A stretch of 63,653 nucleotides of DNA, filler included, from Kipferlia bialata (lineage: Eukaryota): NCBI GenBank assembly GCA_003568945.1. It is 8 parts of 8 records of this genome, joined end to end, with 100 filler letters (N's around TTAATTAATTAA, not from the genome) between each part and the next. Parts side by side here need not be neighbours in the genome. Positions count along the whole stretch, not along the records: positions 46,430 to 56,592 come from BDIP01001484.1; positions 56,693 to 60,146 come from BDIP01001491.1; positions 60,247 to 63,653 come from BDIP01001504.1; 5 more parts are not named here. One strand, written 5' to 3'. The notes below the pieces were generated by a model. The model was not told where the DNA came from. It ran no database searches and saw only the letters and a list, made by a program, of their open reading frames with translations. This document shows positions 49,928 to 63,649 of this stretch, in pieces. The position numbers were made by a program, and so were the translations under genes. Every line of letters begins with the position of its first letter. The first letter of the stretch is position 1.

Positions 49928-52900
49928 GCAAAGGCATACTCGGGGGATTAGGATCAATGGAACCTATTAATACTATACTCCCATACCTGTCAGAAACAAA
50001 AACACCAATATTAACACACATGCACATATGACGTATGATATATAGTAAAAACATATAATACTGCCATATAAATAGAAAGAGAGAGAGAGAGAGAGATACC
50101 TGTCAGGAGACAGGAGCAGAGGCACCGCACAACTCGGTTCACCTACAGTGAGAGAGGAGGAAGGCTATACGCAGAATAGATCATCCATGACCCATAGCAG
50201 TCGCTAATTCTGTCTCATAGATGGCGCACCCACACATATCCAAAGATGAGGCATGCTATATAGTACAGTACAGTATATAGGAAGTATATATCACTATATG
50301 ATCCCGTACCAGCCGCTTCTTCTGTCTCTTGCAGATGGTCCTGGCCAGTAGCAGTATGGCACCCAGGCTAGAGGCAGAGGCAGAGCCAAACTGTCTAGGG
50401 GGTAAGAGGAGGGAAGAGGGAATGATATTGCGACACCGCACACACACAAGTATCACACATGATTAATGTGAAATCATATACACACATATATATCATATCC
50501 TATATACCTGAGCATGACACTGCCCCTGAGGCACACATATGCATCACATGGCACTGTGCTTAGTATATGACTATACTATTTACTATATACCATATATATA
50601 TATATATATATACTATATATATACTATATCCTATATACCTGAGCATGACACTGCCCCTGAGGTCTAGGTAGGCCCTGTCACCTGGGGTCAGGACATGGTA
50701 CTGCACCTGACACTGATACCTCTACCATACACTATATGAACAACATTATACTAGTACTATCCACTTACTGTACTCACCCAGTAACACAGACACCAGCCTC
50801 TCGGCCACCTGTCCGTCCTACAATACTAGATATATTTATACATTTACATATACACACTATATACTATACATACATATATACATATGTACTCTATACTATA
50901 GTATACTCTGCACTGTACCTAGCAGCACAGACACCAGTCTGTCTGCCACCTGTCCGTCCTACAATACTATATATATACACACACACTGTATGCTATACTA
51001 ATATATACTAATATGTAGTCTACCTAGCTATGTGCTCTATACTATGGTATACTATCCACTGTACTTACCCAGTAACACTGATACCAGCCTGTCTGCCACC
51101 GTCCGTCCTACAATAATATTTATACATATATACACATACATATACACACTATATACTATACATATATATAATAATATGTACTCTATACTATAGTATACTC
51201 TCCACTGTACCTAGCAGCACTGACACCAGCCTGTCTGCCACCTGTCCAATACATATATATACATACATATACACACNNNNNNNNNNNNNNNNNNNNNNNN
51301 NNNNNNNNNNNNNNNNNNNNNNNNNNNNNNNNNNNNNNNNNNNNNNNNNNNNNNNNNNNNNNNNNNNNNNNNNNNNNNNNNNNNNNNNNNNNNNNNNNNN
51401 NNNNNNNNNNNNNNNNNNNNNTCTGCCACCTGTCCAATACATATATATACATACATATACACACTGTATGCTATACATATATATATTAATATGTACTCTA
51501 CACTATATACTATACATATATATATACATCACTACCTAGCAGCACAGACACCATCCTGTCTGCCACCTGTCCGTAGAAGGCAGCATACACAGTGCCATCA
51601 CTCCTGTCACAAACACCAGCAGCCTCTCTCCTCTCACCATCTCCCTCTGTCTCTGTTGCCTCACTTAGAGGTATGCATGCCTCACACAACACAGTGACGG
51701 CACTCCTGGGGATTAGAGAGCATATAGAATATATATAATAATATATATTAGAGAGCATATAGAATGAAAGAGACACAAAGAGACACACAGACACACACAG
51801 AGAGAGAGAGGTGGGGGACTGGGGTCACGGCACTCCTGGGGATTAGACTCATAGCATGGACACAATGTATGGCTATATACACATACATTGTTATATATAC
51901 ACACCTTGCTATTGACTCTGAGGGGTCTCTGAACAGGGCACTGACTGCATATCCAATATATATGGGTATAAACTCATATCTATATGAATATATATATATA
52001 TATATATATACCTTGCTATTGACTCTGAGGGGTCTCTGAACAGGGCACTGACTGGCTTGAAGACCTGGGGTCAGATAGGAGACACATAGAGGGAAGCAAT
52101 ACATCTACATTACATACTGTACTATAGATATACATATATATACATAGTACTCCTGGAGTCAGATATGGCAGTGAAGACACCTAGATATATATATATATAT
52201 ATATACATGGTACACCTGGGGTCAGATAAGGGCCTTATCATAAGGCAGTGGAGACACATAGAGGGTAGCAATACGCAATATAATCCATACTGTACTACAT
52301 AAATATTCATATACATAGTACTCCTGGGGTCAGGGAAGGCAGGGGGGGGGGGTGAGAAATACAGTGGTCTCAGAGTTGAGTAACTGAGTCCTAGAACACA
52401 GTATATACTACACAAACATATGAATTGCATACAATACTATATTGTTACTATATTCACACACTTTTCACTTTTCATACAAATGAAGTAAACAATATATATA
52501 TATATCCTCGTCCCACCTTGCCTAGTGTTGAGTTCATGTGGGGTGTGCCCTTGACCCTCGACAGACACAGACGCACCCAGCGCAGGGCAGCCTCCCTGGG
52601 AGTCAGTAGGTACACATGTATACATGAAAATATAGTGCATATATATAGTATATAATAATAATAAATAATATAATGAATACTAAATATAGTATATATATAA
52701 TACATATATATTATAGTGACACTGGGAGCATCTCTGAGTGTCATTTCCGAATAACTCATATACCCTGACACTGGTGTATACAAGAACACTGAGTTAGGAA
52801 CTACTCTATATGCCTCCATACCTAGTGAGTACAAACCCATCCCCCGACAGGATGGGGACCACAGCCTGTGCAACCTCGGCTGCCAGAGACTGGCCCTGCA

Positions 52901-55900
52901 CACCGCTGGGATGGGGGTATTTATAGTTATTAATATATTAGTATAAAGATATATATAGAATGCATATTTACAGAATATACGTCTAAAGGTTCTGCACACC
53001 GCTAAGGTGAGGGTATACGATAGTAGATATATAGATATATATGAAGGGAGAGAGAGAGGCGGGTGGCAAATAATGTCTGGAAATGTGGCCCAGCACACCG
53101 CTGGGGTGAGGGTATATATATACCAGAGAGACAGCGGCGGGGATATATACTGATATATATAGATACGGATGATAGATACAGAGGCTAGATGCCTACCATC
53201 AGTTGGAGCAATGCAGCTTTACCATACCTTGTGGAGTCTAGTATCGATGCGAGACACACACATATATATATACAGAATATATATAGATATAGAATATATA
53301 TATATAGATTATACATATACACATACCTGGTTGAGTCCAGTATCGATGCCAGACAGGACCCGAGGGCATCTGCGGCCTCTGCCACAGAGGGGTCACCAGA
53401 CTACAAATGAGTGTCAAAAATGGAATCATTGAGATACTAGGCTCTAGTAATGGTGTAACTCAATTCATCAATGGTCCCCGGACTACAAATGAGTGTCTAG
53501 TATCTATATTCAGGAAAATGGTGTTACTCAATTCATCAACAGTGTACCAATGAGCATCAACAGAGAAACAACTAAAGAGGGATGGTCAACTTGATAATCC
53601 CTCTGTTGATTATGATCAACAAACAAATACCAGTAGAGAACACGGTATCATATGGAATCACAGCCCTTACCGTGAGTTTTGGCGCTATATATAAGTCGGT
53701 ATACAATACAGACGTGAGTATCCATGCATGTATGGTCGATACCACTCATTGTGTCTGCACATAATGTATGCAGTATTGTATGCATAATATAGTATTAGAT
53801 CCTCGCAATAATTGAGAATGAGTGTATAAGGTGATGTCACACCTTGTGTCTGCACACAATGGGCACATAGAGGGGAATCTCAGTCAGGGCACTCTGGGGT
53901 CAGGGAGATAAGGATGTACATGGACTGAGAATGTCCATAGAGTGAGTATGTATTCAGAATGAGAATGGCCATGACCCAACCTCGTGGTGTGTGTGCTGTG
54001 AATACACCATAGGGCAACACGCACACATACACTCTTACATAAATACATATACCAGCCCCCACCTCGTGCTGTGTGTGTGCTCTGAACACCCTCCGTATGA
54101 CTAACACTAGTTGTGTCACTATATATATAGGATCATCTTAATATCACCTCGTGCTGTGTGTGTGCTGTGAACACCCTCCGTGTGACTAACCCTAGTTAAG
54201 TCACTATATATACATATTGGATATCATCTTAATATCACCTTGTGGTGTGTGTGTGCTGTGAACACCCTCTGTGCGAGCATGAGGCTCTGGGTGGTACAGG
54301 CAGAGGTGGAGGAGGGGGAGTCGCGCGAGGCCAGGCGCCTGCCCAGCACCAGCACTGCACCCACATCCTGATGTATCAGTATCAGAATATATAGATAATG
54401 ATACTGAGACTGATACCTGGTGTGCCACTGACCCTCTCTCTCTCTCTCTCTCTACATATATACATACATACATATATATACATATATATATAGATATCCA
54501 AATATACCTGGTGTGCCACTGACCCAGCCAGAGACCCCAGGAGGGATGTGGACAGGTGCAGGATGGCATCCCGCTGGGAGGAGAGGGAGAGGGAGGAGAG
54601 AGTGGGGGGACTGGAGGTACTGGAGGGATTGTCTCTCTCTCTCTCTCCCTCCCCCTCCCCCTCTGGCTGAGTGGGGTGTGGGGTCTGGCCCTCTGAACCT
54701 GGGGGTCAGTGTCAGTAATATTGTTTGTAATTATACTGCCCTCTGAGCTGTATCATTATTAGTATCTGTATCCGTGTCAGTGCCTGTATCTAGTATGATA
54801 TACTTGATACAGGCCCTCCGACTCTGTATCAGTATTAGTATCTGTATGTGTATCAGTATCCGTGCCAGTGCCTGTATCTAGTATGATACACTGATACTGG
54901 CCGTCTCACCCTATCATTATCACTATCGTCATATGTTCCAGTACCTGTGCCTGTATCTAGTATGATGTATACTGATACTGGCCCTCTGAATCTGTATAAG
55001 TATTAGTATCGTTACATGTATCTATATCTGTATCAGTACCTGTACCTGTACCTGTGTACACCGACTGGGTCAGGGGGGCAAACAGGGCAGGAAGCACCTG
55101 GGTGTCAGTACCAGATACTGATGACAGTAATGATACTGACTCTATTAATGTATCTGTACATCCATCAGTGTCTATACATCAGTGTCTATCCATCAGTGTC
55201 TATACCGTGGTCAGGAGGGGCACCAAGGATACTGAGGGGCTGCTGTGCAAGGCCTCGAGCCAGGTCAGGCAGCACAGCCTGGGTAAGATATACATACATA
55301 TATATATACATACCTGCATGTATATGTATATATATACATACATATTTACATTTACACGTGGATATATGATGAGCCAGGTCAGGCAGCACAGTCTGCATCA
55401 GATAGGTATATATATGTGTGTATGAATATATATATATATACAGATATATATACATGGATACACATAATGAGCCAGGTCAGGCAGCACAGTCTGGGTTTGA
55501 TGCAGATATGAAGAGGTCTATGGATATATATCGCATGTCTAACCTCAGGTGGCTGTTGGGTATGGCGATCTGCTCGCATAGGGTCTGAACCAGACTGGGT
55601 ATCTGACTAGGGGTACTGGGGACAGTCCCATCTGAGTCAGCGTCTAAGGAGCCTCGTGTGTCTATGCTGCTGGGCTGGGAGAGCAAGGCAGTGCGGAAAG
55701 CCTCATTGCATGGGATGGCGGCACCCCTGACACTGGCAGAGACATCGGCACAGGCCTGGGTCAGCATACGAGTATGTAGACAAGTTGCGGATTCACTGTT
55801 ACTTTAGAAATACAGAGATACTGATACTGATACTTGAAGACACATCGGCACTGACCTGGGTCAGGGGGTGGATCAGGGGGTAGGTATATATATGACCAGA

Positions 55901-56286
55901 GTATACCACAACATGTGAATCACATGATGTGACATGCATCATTCCTGAAGACATGCCACCATCCATATACAAATAGTATCTATAGTAGTATATTATGTAT
56001 ACGTGATACACACCATATCTGAAGGCATGCCACCATATACACAGAGTATATACAATACTACAGATAATATGTATATCTGATACATATAGACACACATCAT
56101 ACCTGAAGACATGCCACCAGCACCCTAGGCATCCATACACAAATAGTATATATCCATACATAAATAGAGTATATAGTATATTTAATAATATAATATGTAC
56201 ACATCGTACCTGAAGACATGCCACCAGCACCCTCGGTGCAGCTGCCACCACCAGAGAGGGACATGTCAGACAGAGATTCCTGAAGG

Positions 56287-56322
<36 letters not shown>

Positions 56323-56347
56323 CATGTCAGGCAGAGATTCCTGAAGG

Positions 56348-56378
<31 letters not shown>

Positions 56379-56461
56379 GGACATGTCAGGCAGAGATTCC
56401 TAGTGGGAGAGAGGAAGAGAGAGAGAGAGAGAGAGAGAGGGACATGTCAGACAGAGATTCC
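47104..56461 (-). CDS. VAC14: VAC14 (PIKfyve/Fab1 complex scaffold), multi-exon, 5' end in the gap
   Basis: C-terminal AFSVDPVSLMSLLLLAGRY...LTDLDQLVCMLETPVYARLRVDL..LVRALYCILALLPQTKAYTTLSRRL (Vac14 Fig4-binding domain); N-terminal ACADVSASVRGAA, IPSLVQTLCEQIAIPNSHLR, LPDLARGL, REAALRWV. Confidence 0.75.
48600..49160 (-). repeat. Tandem array of exon-end copies (exon 3' end plus GT donor) inside a VAC14 intron
   Basis: ACC..GTCACCATCTCTTCCACCAGCTGTA near 48607, 48690, 48829, 48950 and 49037, with the true exon end near 49111; copies separated by TA-rich spacers. Confidence 0.85.
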
Positions 56462-56694
56462 TGGCATCGGTATCAGTACACAAAAGTGACATCAGTATAT
56501 ATACATAAGTGACATATAGGGATGCCAGACGAGGCATTGAGGGGGGGGGGGGAGGGGGGGGGGGGGGGGGGGGGAGATGGGGGGGAGAGAGANNNNNNNN
56601 NNNNNNNNNNNNNNNNNNNNNNNNNNNNNNNNNNNNTTAATTAATTAANNNNNNNNNNNNNNNNNNNNNNNNNNNNNNNNNNNNNNNNNNNNAA

Positions 56695-56725
<31 letters not shown>

Positions 56726-56781
56726 AGGCTCAGAGACACAAAACACAGAGAGAGAGGTTGTATATGTATAGATATACTTAC

Positions 56782-59700
56782 CGAGCAGGTTGGGTCCGAC
56801 TGTCTGGATGAAGACTGCAGTCTCCCTAGGTGGGATGGCCTCCATCTCTCCACGGGCAAGCTTGGCCTAGGGGTGAGAAGAGAGATACAGATTGAGAGAC
56901 ATACTCTGAACATACCTCGAGGATAGTGAAGATCCTCTCGATTCCGATGGAGCCTCCAACAGCTGGGATCTGGGACCCAGAGTACATACCGACCAGGTTG
57001 TCGTATCTGCCTCCTCCAGAGATGCTGCCCACCCCACCGTCACAGACAGCCTCAAAGACAAGGCCTGTGTAGTAGTCGAGGCCCCTGGCAAGGGAGAGGT
57101 CCAGCTTGATGCAGTCGGCCACCCCGAAGAGAGAGAGGTAGTTGGACAGAAGGGTGAGCTCGGAGAGAGCCTTCTGGGCACCGGCGTGGTCTCCGAAGGT
57201 GTTCTCCCTCTCGATATCTGCCAGGACCTCAGCCACAGGGCCGCGGTGGTTGATGAGGGTGTAGATACGGTCGGCGACATCGGCGTGGATGCCCCTCTGG
57301 ATGATCTCCTCTCTCACCTGGAGGGGTCAGGTGCCATGGGTGTATACATCATATATATATATATATACCCCTTCATACCTCAGACCATGGGCACTTGTCC
57401 AGCTTGTCGATGGAGGCACACACCTGGCGGAACCTAGGGTAAGGAGGGGAGCCCAAGGAGAGGTGACTCAAATGTACTCAAATGGTAAATGGCACACACA
57501 TATGGAGTGGTACATACTGACCTGCTAGCAGGCACTCCGCAGATGTCGAGGGTGGCGTCAAGGAGGAGACGGTGGTTGATCTTGACCTAGGTGAGACATA
57601 TATAGATAGAGAGAGAGAGTGATACACTATACCTCGAAGTCTCCGAGGGGCAGATCACGCAGGATCTCCACAATGACACAGAGGACCTCTCCATCGGGGA
57701 GCATGCCCTCAGACTCACCTGACATAAGAAGAGAGAGAGAGAGAGAGAGAGAGTGAGAGTGGCTATACCCATACCTGCGATATCGAAGTCACACTGGAAG
57801 AACTCTCTGAACCTTCCCTTGGTCATGACGGGGTTATCACGCCTGTACACCTTAGGGGTAAGGAGGTAAGAGAGTGAGTCATCAATATACTGCCACGTGA
57901 CATATAGATATATACCTTAGCGATGTGGTATCTCTTGATCTTGGAGATGCCGTGCATGGCGACGTATCTGGCAAAGGGCACAGTGAGGTCATACCGCAGA
58001 GACAGCTGCTCGCCACCCTGATCAGCCAGGTTGTACACAAGCTTGGCACCATCGTCGCCATACTTGCCTGGGGGTCAGTCAGTGAAGATATAGGCATAGA
58101 GAGAGAGAGAGAGAGAGAGAGGCCAGGTTGTACACAAGCTTGGCACCATCATCGCCATACTTGCCTATATTGTCAGTCTGTGAAGATATAGGCATAGAGA
58201 GAGAGAGAGAGAGAGAGGCCAGGTTGTACACAAGCTTGGCACCGTCATCGCCATACTTGCCTGGAAAGTGAGGATGGACTATATGTGTATGAAGATATGC
58301 ATTGAGAGAGAGAGATGGGTATATCACGTACCGAGGAGAGTGGACCTGAGCTCGAACACGGGTGTGTCGATGGAGACAGCACCGTGTCTCTTGAACACAT
58401 CGGACACCTGGTATCAGTATCAGTATACATATCTATTAGTATCAGTATCAGACACTGACCTTGTTGATAGCGTACTGCCTCACAGCCATCTGGGCAGGGG
58501 TCATGTCCCTGGTGCCCCTGGCTACCTTGGGCTTCCTCCGGGCCTCGGCGGCCTAGGGGGTGAGAGAGAGAGAGAGAGAGAGAGAGTAAGAGAGAGAGAG
58601 GTAGAGAGAACGATACCTGGATGATGTCCTTGAGCACAAAGGTGGAGAGAGAGTGTGTGTCTATCAATGTATCAATATGTATCTATCTATAAACATATAC
58701 TATACCTGGATGATGTCCTTGAGCACAAAGGTGGCGAGGGAGAGTGTGTGTATATCTCTATATATCTCTATCTATCTATATCCATCTATATACATATACC
58801 ATACCTGGATGATGTCCTTGAGCACAAAGGTGGCGAGGGAAGAGACCACATTGGGCATCATGGGGGAGGGCACGGCAAGCACGCCGTCCTCGCCCTTAAA
58901 GAGAGCTAGGACATGCCTCATGACAGCCTCAGTGCCCATGCCGATGTTGAGGAGCCTCTTGGCCTTCTTCTCCTAAAAGATAAGAGAGAGAGACAGAGAG
59001 AAAGTGACGATACGATACTTAGATAGATGTTGAGGAGCCTCTTGGCCTTCTTCTCCAAACAGATAAGAGGGAGAGAGTGAGAGAGATTCCCCCACCTTCT
59101 TGTTCTTCTTCTGCTTGGCGGGCTTCCTGCCCTCCCCAGCTGGCTTGGCCATCCTGGCAATGGCGGCATCCCTCTTGGCAATGGCAGCGGCCTCGACAGC
59201 AGCCAGGGCCTCGGTGCTGGTCTGGCAGTTAGATACAGGGTACAGTGGATATATACATAGATAGATATATGTATAGTACACAGATAGTATAGAGGTATGG
59301 TATAGTGGATACATTCAATAGTGTGGTGGTCTGGGAGTTAGATACAGGAGGGACACATAGAATGAACATGTACAGTAAATGGGATCATAGATCCAGATAA
59401 TAACACTATCCTAACTCCATGTATCTGTATGTATATACACGAGTAATGGTACCTGGATGATGTGTGCCAGGACCTCTCCCATCCTGACCACGGCACAGCC
59501 GCACCCTCCCTCAGGGGTGGGGATGGCATCACCAGTCACAGCAAGGTGCAGGGCCTCAACTGCGGCAATGACGTTCTTGAGTCCGGCAGCGATACCGGCA
59601 GCCATGCCCTAGAAGTGAGTGTGTGTGTGGGTGAGAGAGAGAGAGAGAGAGAGAGACCGGGGCAGCCAGAGAAGAATCAAAGGGGGAAAAACGAACATAG

Positions 59701-60016
59701 TGACTGATATACATATCACGCTTGTCACAGGTGATTATGTCCACCACCTAGCTATATATACACACCTGGTTGGCGGGTGCTGCCTTGGCCCTGTGCACAG
59801 CTATATATATATATATATGTCCAGGTCAATATACATATATATATATACATACTAATACATGTACATATACCTGGTTGGCGGGTGCGGCCTTGGCCTTGTG
59901 CACAGCTGTCAGCTCTGCGTTGACGGCCCTTCTGAAGGGGAGTGCCATCATGTGCATCTCACCCAGGGCCAGGTAGGCAGCGTGGGTGGCAAGCACCACG
60001 TCGTCCTCAGTGGTGC
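56782..60016 (-). CDS. HARS: Histidyl-tRNA synthetase, cytosolic type with a long N-terminal extension, both ends in gaps
   Basis: [89 protein letters not shown]. Confidence 0.95.
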
Positions 60017-60246
60017 CTGGGTTAGGGGGTGGGGAGAGAGAGAGAGAACGGGTACGGATAGAATCGATCCACAATTGGTGTGTGCGGGAGGGCGGTTGGG
60101 GGGGGGGGAAGAGAGGGAGATAGAGAGAGGTCAGTACAGATGGAGTNNNNNNNNNNNNNNNNNNNNNNNNNNNNNNNNNNNNNNNNNNNNTTAATTAATT
60201 AANNNNNNNNNNNNNNNNNNNNNNNNNNNNNNNNNNNNNNNNNNNN

Positions 60247-60804
60247 GAAGGGCACCGATGAGCTCCTGGGGTTATGGGGGGGGGGGGGGGACAGAACAAG
60301 AGAGAGAATGAAACCGGACGGCTGAAAATATATTTGTATTCATAGACACGAGTCAACGCCTATACACACAACTGAAGCGCAAAATACGTAATATACATCA
60401 GTCACGGGAGAAATTAAAGATAGAGAATGGCTGAACACCCCCAGAGGCCGCTACACGCAACTGACCCATAAACACACACAATGTGCGAAACGCAAAATGA
60501 TATTGATTACAACTGCCTCCTCGCCCAGCTAACCTCAAATGTGTGGTACTTGTCCTTAATGGACGCATACGATCCTCCTGCTCCCATCGTGTATAGGTAA
60601 AGAGAGACACTCTACTGCAATACAGTGGGCCATTATATGAACGAGAGACCAAAATACTGTTTTTGTGGAATAGCGTGTAGGGGTTTGCCTAGCAAATATG
60701 GACTCCCAGAGGCAAATATACAGTGCACCAACCTCGAAAGTAGTGTACTTGTCCTTGATGGATGCATAGGTATCCTTGCCGAAGATAAAATCCAAGAAGC
60801 CCAT
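60247..60804 (-). CDS. 5' end of a copine/RGLG-like gene with two alternative first exons (60733-60804 and 60534-60587) and a shared exon starting at 60265
   Basis: MGFLDFIFGKDTYASIKDKYTTFE or MGAGGSYASIKDKYHTFE spliced in phase 0 to ELIGAL; resembles the IxDx(Y/F)xxxxEVxxAL segment that precedes the copine domain in RGLG-type proteins. Confidence 0.55.
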
Positions 60805-60990
60805 TTCTTAGCGTGTATGGAAGTGAATGACTAAGTCATTGACTTGAACGAAGCTACACCCCTATGTCGAGCAAGACCCAAAAATGCAATAGGGGTTCGA
60901 AAAGCCTTTGATGGTAGAAAATCCACTTTCTATTTATATCATCACAGCCATACACTCTGTGATACCCCAGTCATAGGCTCGTGAGCGAGG

Positions 60991-61896
60991 ATGAGCGCCC
61001 CTAATCCAGCCCAACGGCTGGTGGCTGTCCTAGTTTGCCTGCTTGTGCTGTGCGGCTCCATTAGCGTGGCCCTATGCACTGACGCCATGCCCACTGGATA
61101 CCTGACTGAGCTCTACGTTGGCTCAAATGCCAGCCCTACAAGCGCAGGTTAGGATATTGTGTATGTCAGGGAGGATATATGTGTGAGTGTCCCATATTGA
61201 GGAACAGGGATTGAAACGTATTTCGTCTATTTTTGTGTATAGTGCTACTCCCTGCTCTGGTGGTTCTGTATCCCTCCATGACATATGTACATGAGCGAGT
61301 GACCTTCTCCTTACAGCTCTGTCAAAATAGTGTGTGTTTCTTTGTGGTTTGCGCTAATGATCTGCAGATTTAGTCTGCCCACTTGTTTTGGCATTCTCAC
61401 ACCTCTCACTATAGGAAGTGGTACTGCTGTCTTTGGTTCTTGGGCTGCCGTAGGAGCCTCTGACTCTGACGATGGCGCCACTTACGCAACCGGTGTGTGT
61501 GTATACACCCGCATCGGGATCTATATGTACAGTCATTGCTATCCAGTACATTTCAGCGCACTTTTCCCTTCCTGCATATTCTTATGAATCACCAGCACTG
61601 ACCCCTCAGGCTCTGTCCTCATATACAAGCAGACCGTCCCTGGCTCTTGGGAGTACAGTGCCTCTCTGGCGCTTCCCTCATCCATCGGGTATGCATGACG
61701 ATAGGCGTTTTGGTGTTACATATGTACCATCCATCCGTGTCTATGGCTGTTATGTATTGCAACTCCACTCACCTCAGCAAGTACTCCTACTGCGGCACCT
61801 CCGTATCTATGTACCAGGACTGGCTGGCTGTCGGTTGCCCAGGAAACAACGGTGCGTACTTTCAATTAGATATGCTCCAACGGCAACTTCACATAT

Positions 61897-61943
<47 letters not shown>

Positions 61944-62285
61944 CTATGCACTCACCCCAGAGGTCCTTATCTACCAGCTGAACACGGATGACAATGAGTG
62001 GCAGCACTACGATACCAAGACTGCAGTGGTCGCGGTGAGTATCCTCAGTGAACTCTACATATAGTCTTCTACCCCCGCAGGAGTCATATACTTAGTATAC
62101 TAACCGCTAGGAGTCCTTTGGGTACTCCGTGTCCATGCACTCTGGTCTCCTAGCCGTGGGTGCCCCCTGCCTGGAGACACAGACAGATCAGGGGAGGGTC
62201 CTGGTGTTCAGGAAGAACACTAGTGACGGTGAGTATATATGTATATGTATATATATATATAAGAACACTAGTGACGGTAAGTATT

Positions 62286-62316
<31 letters not shown>

Positions 62317-62565
62317 TGAGACACAGACAGACCAGGGGAGGGTCCTAGTATTCAGGAAGAACACAAGCGACGGTGAGTAACTCTCCCTCTCTCTCCCTCT
62401 CTTTCTCGTTTAGTACTCTTTCGCTTCTCCTGACCTCAGTGTGGAAGAGTGAGACTGCCTGGATCTGAGTCTCTCTCTCTCTCTCTCCCTCTCTTTTAGT
62501 ATTCTCTTTAGTATTCTTTCGCTTCTCCTGACCTCAGTGTGGAAGAGTGAGACTGCCTGGATCCG

Positions 62566-62597
<32 letters not shown>

Positions 62598-63649
62598 TCA
62601 TTTTCTCCTGACCTCAGTGTGGAAGAGTGAGACTGCGTGGATCCCCGGCATTGCCCTGGACTATGTCAACTGTGGCAAGCAGGTCGACACAGACGGCACA
62701 AACATCGCAGCATGTACGGACCCCCTCCCCCTCCCCCACACACTGCCTCTATATATATCATTGATACACCCCCCCCCACACACACACACCCTCTCTATCT
62801 TTAGTGTTTTGTCACCTCTTACCTCAGACTGTAACGGAGAGGTGCCAGGCATTGCCGTCCTGGACTATGACACACTGTGAGTATGATTAATCTCTCTCTC
62901 TCTCTCTCTCTCTCTCCATCTCTGTCTCTCTCCTCCCATCACACCCAGCTGGGGTCCCTTCACCTGGATCACTGACCTCGACATACCCTCGGTCCCATCT
63001 GTCTCACTCAGCGGGGACACAATCGGTACGGGTGTATTTGTATTATGTAGTAATTGAGAACGTGATCGGTACGGGTTTATCGACTCCTTTACTTTCACAT
63101 CAAACTCTATGTCGACACTAGAATTGCTGTTGTTTGTCTGATACCAGCTGTGGGTGAGAATGCCTACCAGGTGGCAGGGGCAGACTTCTCTGAGGGCAGG
63201 GTGCAGATATACAGGTATGTATATGTATATATATAGCTGAATACAAGATTTGTAGAGCAGTCTGTTCTCTAACAGTGTCAGAACTCTCCTGCAGTTAGAT
63301 GTATACCGCTACCCCTCACCCCCCAGGCAATCAGAGACCGGTGGTGACTTCAAGTTTGTCCAGACACTGACCGATGGCAGAGGCGTCGTTGCATCAAGCT
63401 TTGGATACAGCGTTGCAGTGAGGTTGGTACTGTACATACACACACACACTCTCTCTCTCTCACTCTCTCTGACTCGACTTGACTCTATTTGAGTTGACTG
63501 TATTTGACCCCAGAGGCGACCTTCTCGTTGTCTCTGCCCCCTCCTCCTATGGATACACACCCACTGGGGAGTACAGTCTAGGGGAGGGACCCGGTGTGGT
63601 CACAGTCTATGAGCAGGAGGTGGATGGCTCAACACAGACATGGGTTCAG
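60991..63649 (+). CDS. Secreted FG-GAP-repeat beta-propeller protein, intron-rich, partial
   Basis: Signal peptide MSAPNPAQRLVAVLVCLLVLCGSISVALC; repeats VFGSWAAVGA..GSVLIY, CGTSVSMYQDWLAVGCP, FGYSVSMHSGLLAVGAP..GRVLVF, FGYSVAV..DLLVVSAP..GVVTVY. Confidence 0.75.

Noticed and set aside
48600..51575. Regularly spaced 25-45 nt repeats with variable spacers, superficially CRISPR-like
   Set aside because: The repeats are copies of exon ends, the spacers are TA microsatellites, there are no cas genes, and the context is a eukaryotic intron.
10177..60246. Repeated TTAATTAATTAA motif flanked by N runs, seven times
   Set aside because: Artificial six-frame-stop linker joining scaffolds. It is not biological, and gene order across it has no meaning (for example, the copine-like exons do not belong to HisRS).
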